Source: Vulcanimicrobiota bacterium
GTDB taxonomy: Bacteria; Vulcanimicrobiota; Xenobia; Xenobiales; JADMJV01
DNA length: 64,000 bases
Reading direction: 5' to 3'
Assembly: GCA_050250895.1 (NCBI GenBank)
Contig: JBFWNU010000001.1
Span: 2,852,891-2,916,890 of the forward strand
Shown: positions 50,101 through 58,248 of the stretch, one piece after another
Layout: the number at the start of each line of letters is the position of its first letter
Numbering within the stretch: position 1 is the first letter of the stretch
Translations under genes and position numbers: made by a program
The notes under the pieces: model-generated
What the model was told of the DNA's origin: nothing
The model's database searches: none
What the model saw: the letters and a program-made list of their open reading frames with translations, nothing else

Positions 50101-53100
50101 CGGCGCATTCCGTGGGCCAAACACATCAGGCACTGGATGGTGGTCGAAGCGCCGGCGATGTCCTGGCCTCGCGATTCGACCTCTGGCTGGACGAAGTAGA
50201 AATACTCCCGACCGCGCGGATTGACCAGTCGTTCCTCCTCGGTCGGCCCCAGGGCCACCACCTGCTGGCGGCCACAAAGGTCACCCCACACCCGGTCGGG
50301 GCGGCTCAGGGTGGCGCTCATCCCAATGGCCAGAGGACTTTCGTCGCCGTTGACGGTCAGGCGCGCCAACAACCGCCGCAGGGCATAGCCAACCTGGGCC
50401 CCGTGCACATGCGAGTAGAGATGGATCTCGTCGGCCATCACCGCCCGAGCGGGAGCAAACTCCGTATCGCCAAAGATCGCACCATATCTGGAGTCGTGTT
50501 GCCACTGGTGGAGCGACTCGGTGACCGGCAAGAAGAAGTGAGGCGGGTTTTGGCGCAGGCCCTCCTTCGAGCCAATCCACCCCAAGAAGCACCAACCGCA
50601 AGCACACTCCAGTCGGTCGGCCCCTCCTCGGCCCTCACCCTCGAGCAAAGATAGATCCTGCGAACATTCAGGACAAGAGAAGAAAGGAAACTGCAAGGCT
50701 CCGCCAGGCAGCGCCCGCCATTCTTCGAACTTGTCGGGGTTGGACCGCAGATAGCCAAAGGCCGAGGGTACGCTGCCGTTCTGCAAGCCGATGGTGAGAG
50801 GAGCGACCCCGGGGTGCTGGTTGAACGCGGCCAGGTAGCGCACCAACCGCTGCGCCTGGTTGGCCCCCAGGCGAATGCGGGGATAGACCAGGATGGCCCG
50901 GCAGCCGCGCACCCCCCGCAGTGCGTCGACGGCTGCTCCCACCAGCATCGGCAGGCAAGCCGCTTCGGTCTTGCCCGAGCCGGTGTCGGCTGTTACCACG
51001 AAGGCCTCCTCCTTGCCAACCCCCAGCCAGGCCGAGAGGATGCTCAAAAGAGCGCGCTGCTGAAAGCCGGCGATGGTCGGGTTGTCGACGCCCCAGCAGA
51101 CCGAGAGCATGTGAGCGCAGGCCTCCAGGGCCAACTCAAGATTGGGATCGTCGGCCAGCAGGCCCCGGGCCTGCTCCAGAGTGGCCCGCAGAGAAACGTC
51201 ACGAATCGGCTTCTGGCGGTCGATGGTCTCGAGCTTGAGTGAGCGCACCAGATAGGGGCGCCGGTGGGCGTCGCCCTTGCGAAAGCGCTGCTTCACGTAG
51301 CGCAACTCGCGGGCCAACTCGGCCATGCGACTGCGAACGCCGCCTTGCTCGTCGGGCATCAGATGGCCATGTTGCTCAAGCCGGTTAATGGGTTCTAAAA
51401 GCGCGTCGCGGGCCACACCCAGTCTTTCGGCCAGCGTGGAGAGCATCACCCACGATTCGGTCACGCCGAAATTGATGCGACCTCGCTCGATATCCTCAAG
51501 AGCGTTCAATACCTCGAAGTCACCGTCGGTGAGTTGCACTTCTGGCGGTGGCAGGGGCTGCTCGTTCACTTCCGTCGCGCTAGTCAGATCGAAGGTTGGT
51601 TCGTCGTTATGGCTGGTCTCCACCAAAAGGCCCTCTTTGACCAGGTCTCTCAGCAAGGGCAGTAAGACATCCTGCTCCTGGGCATTGACCCATACAAAGC
51701 TGTTGCGCAGGTGGCGGTATTGGGGCGCGAATCGGCCTCGGCGGCGAGAGTGGATCACCTCGTCGATGCGGCTGCGCACGGTCACCTCATCGGCGGTAAA
51801 TGGCAACGACGGCGGCTCGATCGGTTTGAAGCACCAGAACCTTCCGTGGGGCCCCGTCTGTTCGGCGAACTCGATCATGCCCAGGGTTAGCAACTGATGA
51901 AAGAGGGCGAAGGGCGGTTGGTAGGCAAGCTTCTTGCGGACTGCGCTCACGGTGGCGTTGCCGTAGCGGCTCTCGAGGGCGCAAGCTTTGATGGCTCCGA
52001 AGAGTTCCTCGAGTTCCCTCGTCAGCTCTGGGGGATCTTCGACGGCAGAGACCTCGACTGGCTGTAGCTCTTCTGGCGCCTGACCGAAGGTCTTGACGCG
52101 GATGGTGACCTCGACCCCTCTTCCGTCGCACTGACGTTCGACTGCGCCGATTTTGTGTGTGTCGAAGAGGAACTCGCGCAGCAGTTGGGCGTGTTCAAAG
52201 AGTTCCTCGTCGGGTGGCACCACCTCGAGCAGACGATTGCTGGCGATCACCACCAGTTTGGTCTTAGCTCGCGTGATCATCACGTTGAGGCGCTGGGGAT
52301 TGAAGAGAAACTCGGCCTCTGACAGAGCGAATTCTGGGTCTGAGACGGTGTAGCAGGCCAGAATGGTATCGCGCTCTTTGCCCTGGATGCGCTCCACCGT
52401 CTCGACCACACAGCCCTCACTCAGCGTCGAGTTCTCGAAGCTCCGTCGAATAGCGGCGTTCTGGGCACGATGCGGCGTGATGATGGCGAACCGGTCCTGC
52501 CAGAACTGGTCGTGGTCGAGATAGCGGTGGAACAGCCTGGCCAGGTGGCCGGCTAGATCGACCTCGAATGGGTTGAGCGTGCCGTTCGGCGGGCCATCGT
52601 GCAGCAGCACCACGATCGGATGCTCGGGGTCGAGCACGGCGCACTCCCAGGGGGCTAGAGCCTCCCTCCAGTCGCCTCGCAGTTCCAGGCGCTGCTGCCC
52701 TGACTGCTCGGACGCTTTGTAGTTGCTCTGGTAGAAGCTCTGCGCCGGAAAAGCGGCCAGGGGGGCATTGAGCCGAAAAGTCTCGTCGAGGGGAAACTCC
52801 GGAATCTCGGCCTTCTTCAAGAAGGCATAGAGCGAGCCCGTGAGGCGCCGCTCATCGAGTTCTTCATCCTGGCTGGCCCGGATGGGAGCTAACTGGCGGT
52901 CGTCGCCCACCACCAGCACGCGCCCGTCGTTGGCCAACCCACCTAGCCCCAGCAGGCCGTGCGAGAGCAGCATTTGCGAGGCTTCGTCGACACAGACCAG
53001 GTCGAACCTGGGAGCGTCGCCCCGTTTGAGCCTCTTGAAGAGCGACCACACGGTACCGCCGGCCACAAACCACTCGGCCTCGAGCGGCTTGACCGTCTTG

Positions 53101-53522
53101 TGGTCGAGGGCCTCCACATCGCCAGCCAGATCCTCCGGAGCCTGCTTGCCCAGGAAGAATACCGGCCCCGGGCCCGTGCGGCGCACGACCGCGTTCAGCA
53201 CGTTGACCACCGCGTTGCGCGTGAAGGCCGTCACGAAGACTCGGCAGGGCCGATTCTGGGCTTGCCGAGCCCTCAGATAGCCCACTGTCATGGCCGAGAG
53301 CACGAAGGTCTTGCCGGTGCCTGGAGGGCCTAGCAACAGTGCCGCCCTGTGGTTGGCGATCCCCTGCCAGGCCCGCTGTTGGCCGTCCAGGAGTTTGGTC
53401 ACCCCGCTCAGTTCCTGGCCCTCGAGCCAGGCTTGTCGGGAGTGCTCGGCCACCTGGGCCGCAAATTCGGCAGGCTTGGCCAGAAAGTGGTTGATTTGTT
53501 GGCGCACGCCGCTGTCGATCAC
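47151..53522 (-). CDS. dpdJ: Fusion of Dna2/Upf1-like SF1 helicase and DpdJ (SF2 DEAD/DEAH helicase), 2123 aa
   Basis: SF1: GPPGTGKT, DEASQ, GDDRQL, TVERIQGKE, RLNVMITRAK. SF2: ADTGSGKTEA, DEIH, SATL, TSTLEVGYD, QRKGRGGR; C-terminal CPDGCEAC. Confidence 0.85.
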   Translation of the reverse strand: MIDSGVRQQINHFLAKPAEFAAQVAEHSRQAWLEGQELSGVTKLLDGQQRAWQGIANHRAALLLGPPGTGKTFVLSAMTVGYLRARQAQNRPCRVFVTAFTRNAVVNVLNAVVRRTGPGPVFFLGKQAPEDLAGDVEALDHKTVKPLEAEWFVAGGTVWSLFKRLKRGDAPRFDLVCVDEASQMLLSHGLLGLGGLANDGRVLVVGDDRQLAPIRASQDEELDERRLTGSLYAFLKKAEIPEFPLDETFRLNAPLAAFPAQSFYQSNYKASEQSGQQRLELRGDWREALAPWECAVLDPEHPIVVLLHDGPPNGTLNPFEVDLAGHLARLFHRYLDHDQFWQDRFAIITPHRAQNAAIRRSFENSTLSEGCVVETVERIQGKERDTILACYTVSDPEFALSEAEFLFNPQRLNVMITRAKTKLVVIASNRLLEVVPPDEELFEHAQLLREFLFDTHKIGAVERQCDGRGVEVTIRVKTFGQAPEELQPVEVSAVEDPPELTRELEELFGAIKACALESRYGNATVSAVRKKLAYQPPFALFHQLLTLGMIEFAEQTGPHGRFWCFKPIEPPSLPFTADEVTVRSRIDEVIHSRRRGRFAPQYRHLRNSFVWVNAQEQDVLLPLLRDLVKEGLLVETSHNDEPTFDLTSATEVNEQPLPPPEVQLTDGDFEVLNALEDIERGRINFGVTESWVMLSTLAERLGVARDALLEPINRLEQHGHLMPDEQGGVRSRMAELARELRYVKQRFRKGDAHRRPYLVRSLKLETIDRQKPIRDVSLRATLEQARGLLADDPNLELALEACAHMLSVCWGVDNPTIAGFQQRALLSILSAWLGVGKEEAFVVTADTGSGKTEAACLPMLVGAAVDALRGVRGCRAILVYPRIRLGANQAQRLVRYLAAFNQHPGVAPLTIGLQNGSVPSAFGYLRSNPDKFEEWRALPGGALQFPFFSCPECSQDLSLLEGEGRGGADRLECACGWCFLGWIGSKEGLRQNPPHFFLPVTESLHQWQHDSRYGAIFGDTEFAPARAVMADEIHLYSHVHGAQVGYALRRLLARLTVNGDESPLAIGMSATLSRPDRVWGDLCGRQQVVALGPTEEERLVNPRGREYFYFVQPEVESRGQDIAGASTTIQCLMCLAHGMRRRTGKEGGFRGVVFLDSIDKLKRLHSDYSDAEANKLAALRTELLDDDPATGEPCRACCREPLSCDRFREGECWFFAATDQAQWMAGKRYRPGDPLTVAHRPIFSGTSGRTEELLQNSDLIFATSTLEVGYDDPDMTLVYQHYAPGNLASFIQRKGRGGRGADDRPVTGVTLSVYSSRDSWYFRSPRRMLDARNFAVPLNISNYFVVRGQAAATALDAVARFRTLHPGKYGLRRTSGKLEVAPQLVTMADEMVVAACGPTVFAILGLESSLPLFQQLLEEEGLDVTAEPSTWRGSLAWVPQRLFDSINLPLLMVRHPDARDPVPVDITLAFTECAPGNMTRRYGMGTVHWVPPTPGRSPFLSDYRDSTGFTLTGQEQSGEDFRRELPVEVRDGLGAEIYPKICRPKTLDLDLGGKMSGASFTSGWLYREGHGLIKRDKQQQEPGLPATEKSRSFLRGFLVVAAEDGRGSDITPTDLSDLFEKVEAFVGSSDRPGTGLRVTRLYWGADVSLKLKDTKTQDAEFTQTFVYPKTDKTLLHGYQVETEGVRFHVDSAKLDARVDAMLEHLQANPGEERHYRGKLLAYLMESRLSGLGVNSFEANRLAELFVSAAASDEGKKVLRGRWDQTRMMNLLRETYRNVLRYHPLLTERRIDKLEKVLERAGFADTFRKIVTDVSDAEVFRGYLRSLFLHGLAMRLRDLFVLYGRGDERRVLFHARLPLQFGAESHDIISVVENGDHGDGTTRTFLESFEEALDEVRDHGLVDCPNAREDAAVDRMLAMSEQHERWRSLDRAALVEALRTELSVDGDLGRLVQLLHGRETVGVEQFDFFDLVREVRAVEAELAQSMPRAPSTWELVTGAVKAAQDGRSPQLAGLLAAYRGLEGVSHEAGMSPEERLAEQVFRFAGRLCPDGCEACLFGSSDLMSGTQARAALSRRALMEPADLACLKPETPPTGKALAKCPDVRPKGWDRRVLDALPARGSGED

Positions 53523-55753
53523 GCCTGGTCTCCCAGCATCTCGAGAAACTCGACCACCCTCTCGGTATTGAAGTCGCGGAAGGAGCGGTCAATAAACCAC
53601 TGATCCTCGGGGTTGTCCAGCAAAAGGTGCTGCATCTCGGCGGACCCGTACTTCGCGGCCCACATCCGGGCCCGCACCTGCGTGTTGCTGTCGACAGGGT
53701 CTAGTTGGATCTGAAAAGGTTCCCAGCGGGTGGGGTCGAGCAGGATGTCGGGGTCGTTGTTGGTCAGCACCAGGTTGATGTCATCCGGCCCCAACTCCGC
53801 GTCGCGGCTTTCGGTTGGCACCCTGAACCTGAACCTGGCCCACGGCTTGCCCTCGCGATGACTCTCGAGTCGCAGCTGGGCGAAGCACTTCATCGCATCG
53901 CGGCGCGCCTCCCAAGGTTGGGCCAGGCTGATGAGGGCGTTGAGCATCCCAGACTTCTCGGCCAGCAACTCGTAGGCTCGCAAGATCTCGAGGTCTTCTC
54001 TACCCAGCGGATTGAATTCGGCCTGGAACGCGAAAGGCTGTTTTCTCAGCCGCAGGAACGGAGAAGCAGCGGCAGCGTTCTGTTCGAGCACCCACCGGGC
54101 CAGGTGGCGCAACGAGGCCAGACGAATGCGCAGGTCGTCTTCGATGTCGCGCATACCCCGGTGACCATCTCGAAGCTTGCGCAAGACCTCGATGGAGAGT
54201 CGGGTGGAGAAGTCTCGCTTGAAAGCTTGCGACGGTTCGTAGGCCTCGCTCAGTCCGACAGCGGTGAGAGCCTGGGTGACCTGGCGCAGGTCGTAGGACA
54301 CTGTCACCGGCAGCAGATAGAGCTGCTCCATCACCGTCCTCAGGGCGGTGGCGGGAAGGTGGTGATAGCCGCGATAGCCTGGTTCGGGGATGACTTCTTC
54401 GGGCGGGAATAGTCGCACCAGGTCAAGCAGTCCGGTGCGGATGTCGGGGTCGTTCAGGTGGCGACCCACTGCCCGTTGCAAGTCTTTGGCTTCGGATGGC
54501 TCATAGAGCAAGATGTGGGCGTAGAGGCGCTGGGCTTCGGGCAGCCGCTGGTTGTGCTCGTGCAGCCGTCGCAGGTCGAGGACCAGTTTGCCCAGCACTT
54601 GCTTTAGCGCGCGTATCTCCTCGGCGGGCTGGCCCTTCGGCAAGAGGGCTGTGGCGTATTGCACCTCACCCTGCCAGTCGAGGAGATAGCCGAGAGTGAC
54701 CAGGTTGCCCTGCATCGGGTCGGAGTCGACCACCAGATACAGGCCTACGTCGATGCGAGGTGGCATCAGGTAGGTATAGCGCTCTTCGAGTATCTTCGGC
54801 TGCCCATTCACCAGCGTCTCGGCTCGGAGCCGGAGCAACTCGGCCTGGCGCTTGAGCGACCAGCTGTCGAGCTTCTGGTTGCGGATACCCTGGGCGCGGG
54901 CCAGGCCACCCACTGTGTGGATGCCCAGCTTCTCCAGGGCCCGCTTGGCCTCGTGGCTCATGCCCGGCACGGCCGATACGTCATTCTTGGCGGCTTCTCG
55001 CTCGATGGCGCGACGGCAATGGGGGAGATAGCCACACTGCTCGCATTTGTAGTAGAGGTGGAAGAAGGTTTCGTCTCGTCCGGGTTCTACGACCTGTTCT
55101 TGCAGCCGAGGCACGGTTCTTTCGAAGAAGTCTCTGACCAGGTTCTCATAGCTCTTGAGCTTGAACTCGAGCCTGTCATAGAGCCCGTCGGCTCCGTCTT
55201 CACCGCGGCGCAGGTGCCAGATTTCGCCCACTTCGTCCACTCTCGCCTCGACGCCCATGTCTTTGAGCATGCCCTGGAGCAGGTGGGAGTAGAAAGCCAC
55301 CTGCGCTTTGTGGAAGTAGGTGGCCACCTGGGTTGCTTTGACGTCGATGATGCGAATGGCGCCGTCGACCCACTGGAGTAGGTCGGGGTAGCAATGCCTG
55401 AAGATGATCTGGTCGTCGCTGCTGAGTTGCTGCCTCAGGCTCGGGCCGCCGAAGAGGACGGCCTGGTGGGCGAACTCGCAGTCGTTCTGACCGCGCAGGA
55501 AGGCCGCCGTGATGCGCTGGCCGAGGTTCTGCTCGCCCGCCTTTGGGGTGAGGACCTTGCTCTCGCGCGCCAGGCGGCGGACGACGGCCAGTTCGAAGTC
55601 GTTGCCCAGTTCGGCCCAGCTGTCCTTCTGGTCGTCTTTGAGGATAGGGATGGCCTCGCGCTCGTCGCGACTCATCGTCTCGTAGCGCGTCTTGCGGTCA
55701 CATCGATATTGAAACCACGATTTGATGGTCGTGGCACTGAAGCTTAGTGGCAT
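53519..55753 (-). CDS. PD-(D/E)XK RecB/Cas4-like nuclease with putative Fe-S cysteines (Dna2/TM0106-like N-terminal half)
   Basis: YRCDRK...PDLL...IIDVKAT...HKAQVAFY...KCEQCGYLPHC; HhH-like VPGMS; 4-nt overlap with the helicase-DpdJ gene. Confidence 0.82.
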   Translation of the reverse strand: MPLSFSATTIKSWFQYRCDRKTRYETMSRDEREAIPILKDDQKDSWAELGNDFELAVVRRLARESKVLTPKAGEQNLGQRITAAFLRGQNDCEFAHQAVLFGGPSLRQQLSSDDQIIFRHCYPDLLQWVDGAIRIIDVKATQVATYFHKAQVAFYSHLLQGMLKDMGVEARVDEVGEIWHLRRGEDGADGLYDRLEFKLKSYENLVRDFFERTVPRLQEQVVEPGRDETFFHLYYKCEQCGYLPHCRRAIEREAAKNDVSAVPGMSHEAKRALEKLGIHTVGGLARAQGIRNQKLDSWSLKRQAELLRLRAETLVNGQPKILEERYTYLMPPRIDVGLYLVVDSDPMQGNLVTLGYLLDWQGEVQYATALLPKGQPAEEIRALKQVLGKLVLDLRRLHEHNQRLPEAQRLYAHILLYEPSEAKDLQRAVGRHLNDPDIRTGLLDLVRLFPPEEVIPEPGYRGYHHLPATALRTVMEQLYLLPVTVSYDLRQVTQALTAVGLSEAYEPSQAFKRDFSTRLSIEVLRKLRDGHRGMRDIEDDLRIRLASLRHLARWVLEQNAAAASPFLRLRKQPFAFQAEFNPLGREDLEILRAYELLAEKSGMLNALISLAQPWEARRDAMKCFAQLRLESHREGKPWARFRFRVPTESRDAELGPDDINLVLTNNDPDILLDPTRWEPFQIQLDPVDSNTQVRARMWAAKYGSAEMQHLLLDNPEDQWFIDRSFRDFNTERVVEFLEMLGDQA

Positions 55754-55810
55754 CGAACCCCCGATTCGTTCAGGGCCGTTCGTCGCCAGTGCTGGTTCGC
55801 CTTCGATGAC

Positions 55811-57538
55811 CTAACGATCATCCCTCAACCGGTGCAGAACCTGGAGGAGCGGGCCGAGCTGCTCCCTCTCCCACGCACCCAGGGGGCTCTGGACATCAGA
55901 GCCAGCGTTGTTAGCGACCGACGAGGCTACTTGGGCGGTGCGGGCCCCTTCCGAGACGCTGTCTTTTTGGACCGTTTCGCTCTTGGACCGCAAATCCACA
56001 AACATAATGGATTTTACATCTTTTGCGTGTGGCAAGTCCTCTAGTTTTGCACCGGGCAACAACAAGGGAAACAACTTGAAGGCGGGTTCGGTCCTCAGTC
56101 GATGGAGTGCCACCGCAAGCTCAGGCAGTTGGCCATGCTGCGATTCTGGCGTCCGCTCGTTGATGGCAAAAAGGACCGAGCGAGATAACCAAAAACCTGT
56201 AGTGAGTTCTCTTGCATAGTCGGTTCCAGGCGGGATGTCTCGACACCAGAATACCTTCAAACCTTCCTCTCTGAGGAGATTGACGATCGGGTGAATCGCC
56301 TCACTCGCGCTAAAGGGGTAACTCACAAAGATGTCGTACGAGTCAACCACTGCGCGGACCAGATCGTCAAACGGGCTGGGGTCTCGCTCGAAGTCGATGT
56401 AGTTGGGGACTACCATCTCCGACCCGCTGGTCTCCGAACCATCGAATAGATGATCTGTGGTGGCATCATGTAATAGAACTGGAATGACACGGCGATTCCC
56501 CGATCGTCTCGAGCGCTCCCGAAATGTGTTGGCGGGCGAGCCTTCACGGTCAGCTTTGCCACACAGGATCACCTCGACATTCCTTTGGCGGTCGTGGTGC
56601 AAGCGGGATTTCAGGTCGCCGGTTGGGACCGGGGCATCTCTCGCGAGGGCTACGCTGAGGCCCACGCCTTGGAGCATTGCTTTTAGAGATTTGGCGTCCT
56701 CAAGTAATTCTTCCTGATGCCAGATAACGACCTCGCCGCCGCCAGCCTCTTCCAGCACGGCCTTGTCGAGCTTCTCAGCGATACTCTCTGCCAGTAGCCT
56801 CGGGCCGAGGGACCATTTGGTGTAGTATAGCCAGTGCGAGGCGCCTTTGGGCAGGTTTTCGTCGATCTGAATCGCAAGGATGAAGTCCCTCTGAAGCCGT
56901 TGTTGATCCCGGGCCACGGTCCACTCTGCCTCGCAATGGACCGAGGTCAAGTAATCGTCGGAAATCAGCACCACCGTGTAGCGAGACGCCCAGTATCGAC
57001 CGGGAATGGTGCGCTGCGTCCCCCAGATGTCGATATGTTCGTTTTCGTCATAGAAGACCCGTATGCCCCGACGTTCTAGCTCATGACGAAGTTGGTTTGC
57101 CTTTGCTCGTTGAGTGCCCCGGAAAGACAGCGCGACATCGTAACGATACTTGTGGCGGTAATACCGCCAAGACGCGGCAGCCGCGAGGGCCTTTTCTATG
57201 TCTGGTTGGCCATTCGGTGTTGTGCCCATCTCTACGACGCCCGTGTATAGCTTGTGATGTTGAAGGCTGGTGTCGTCCTTTCCAAAAGTTATGAATGCTG
57301 GGTGAGGTCGTCTCTGGTCATCGCAATGCATCCATATGCTCTCGACGAGTTTGGAATGGCGAATCACCCCCGCGCGCAAATCCGCCAACAAGATGAGATC
57401 TTGTTCTAGAGCCTGACTGCAGGACGGGATTTCACTGCACTGAGACACTTCCAGCGAGATGGCACGCTTTTCAGCTAGTTCTCTCAGTTCGCCTGCAAGA
57501 AGGTCGCGGGTATCTTGTGCTAGGATTAGGATCTTCAT
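55811..57538 (-). CDS. Multi-TIR protein (two clear TIR domains, one degenerate)
   Basis: YDVALSFRG...VFYD...SVHCEAEW; middle ...RRVIPVLL; YDIFVSY...KVFW...QLPELAVA...FPLLLPG. Confidence 0.8.
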   Translation of the reverse strand: MKILILAQDTRDLLAGELRELAEKRAISLEVSQCSEIPSCSQALEQDLILLADLRAGVIRHSKLVESIWMHCDDQRRPHPAFITFGKDDTSLQHHKLYTGVVEMGTTPNGQPDIEKALAAAASWRYYRHKYRYDVALSFRGTQRAKANQLRHELERRGIRVFYDENEHIDIWGTQRTIPGRYWASRYTVVLISDDYLTSVHCEAEWTVARDQQRLQRDFILAIQIDENLPKGASHWLYYTKWSLGPRLLAESIAEKLDKAVLEEAGGGEVVIWHQEELLEDAKSLKAMLQGVGLSVALARDAPVPTGDLKSRLHHDRQRNVEVILCGKADREGSPANTFRERSRRSGNRRVIPVLLHDATTDHLFDGSETSGSEMVVPNYIDFERDPSPFDDLVRAVVDSYDIFVSYPFSASEAIHPIVNLLREEGLKVFWCRDIPPGTDYARELTTGFWLSRSVLFAINERTPESQHGQLPELAVALHRLRTEPAFKLFPLLLPGAKLEDLPHAKDVKSIMFVDLRSKSETVQKDSVSEGARTAQVASSVANNAGSDVQSPLGAWEREQLGPLLQVLHRLRDDR

Positions 57539-57931
57539 CCTGGGCCTCGGAATTTGGACCTGGCGACTCGATTTTGCTGGGGCTTGTCGTTGTAAAGTCC
57601 AGGGGATTTACATTTGGGCATGGATTGCGATCCTTCTTCCTGTCGGCCAGGGTGCCTCACTCGGAATGCAATGGCGCCCAGATGTGTCTGGGGGACTGTT
57701 CTGCTACGGATCTTGTCCCTCTCAGCACTGCTTTCGGCGGTCGCCCGTAGCGGGCCTTCACTGGGACCGATGAGGCATCCAACACCATGCGCCGCACCGT
57801 CCTCCAATATAGTTGGGTGTTTTGCTACAATCAATCACAGGCTTGGAGGCCATGTCCCTTGCTCTTCTAGAGGATCGGGTCTCGGCGGGCTTACCAAGGA
57901 ATCGCATCAGCACCCAGATGAGGTTCGCGGA

Positions 57932-58008
57932 CTTGGCCGGCACCAGGGCCCGATTGTAGCCCGAGCGGGAGCCGACCGAGCGCACGATGTTGGTCGAGTA
58001 GGGCGCGT
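57932..58008 (-). repeat. 77-nt diverged copy of 63748-63824
   Basis: Manual alignment 70/77 identical; both encode APYSTNxVRSxGSRSGxNRALVPAK. Confidence 0.85.
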
Positions 58009-58248
58009 GGTCGAACTCACAGGTCAACTGCAACTCGAACTCATTTGTTGGCCTGCGCAGCAGCCCGCGCGGGCCCTCGATGCCCGGGTCAGGGTGCCGC
58101 GAACTCACCTGGTCTTTCCATCGCCGGCCTCGAAAGGGCGGCAGGGCGGCGAACTGGTGACGGATACGGGCCCGCCAGTCGGGTGCGGCCAGGCGCCGGT
58201 GGCCTGGCGAGAACAGGGTATGATTGAGTGTGATCTCGGTCCGGGGCT

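Noticed and set aside
53519-55753. cas4 / CRISPR-Cas locus
   Set aside because: No repeat-spacer array or other cas genes; the protein is much longer than Cas4 and is coupled to a helicase.
10662-57538. Thoeris system
   Set aside because: No SIR2/Macro/SLOG ThsA-like effector identified near any TIR gene.
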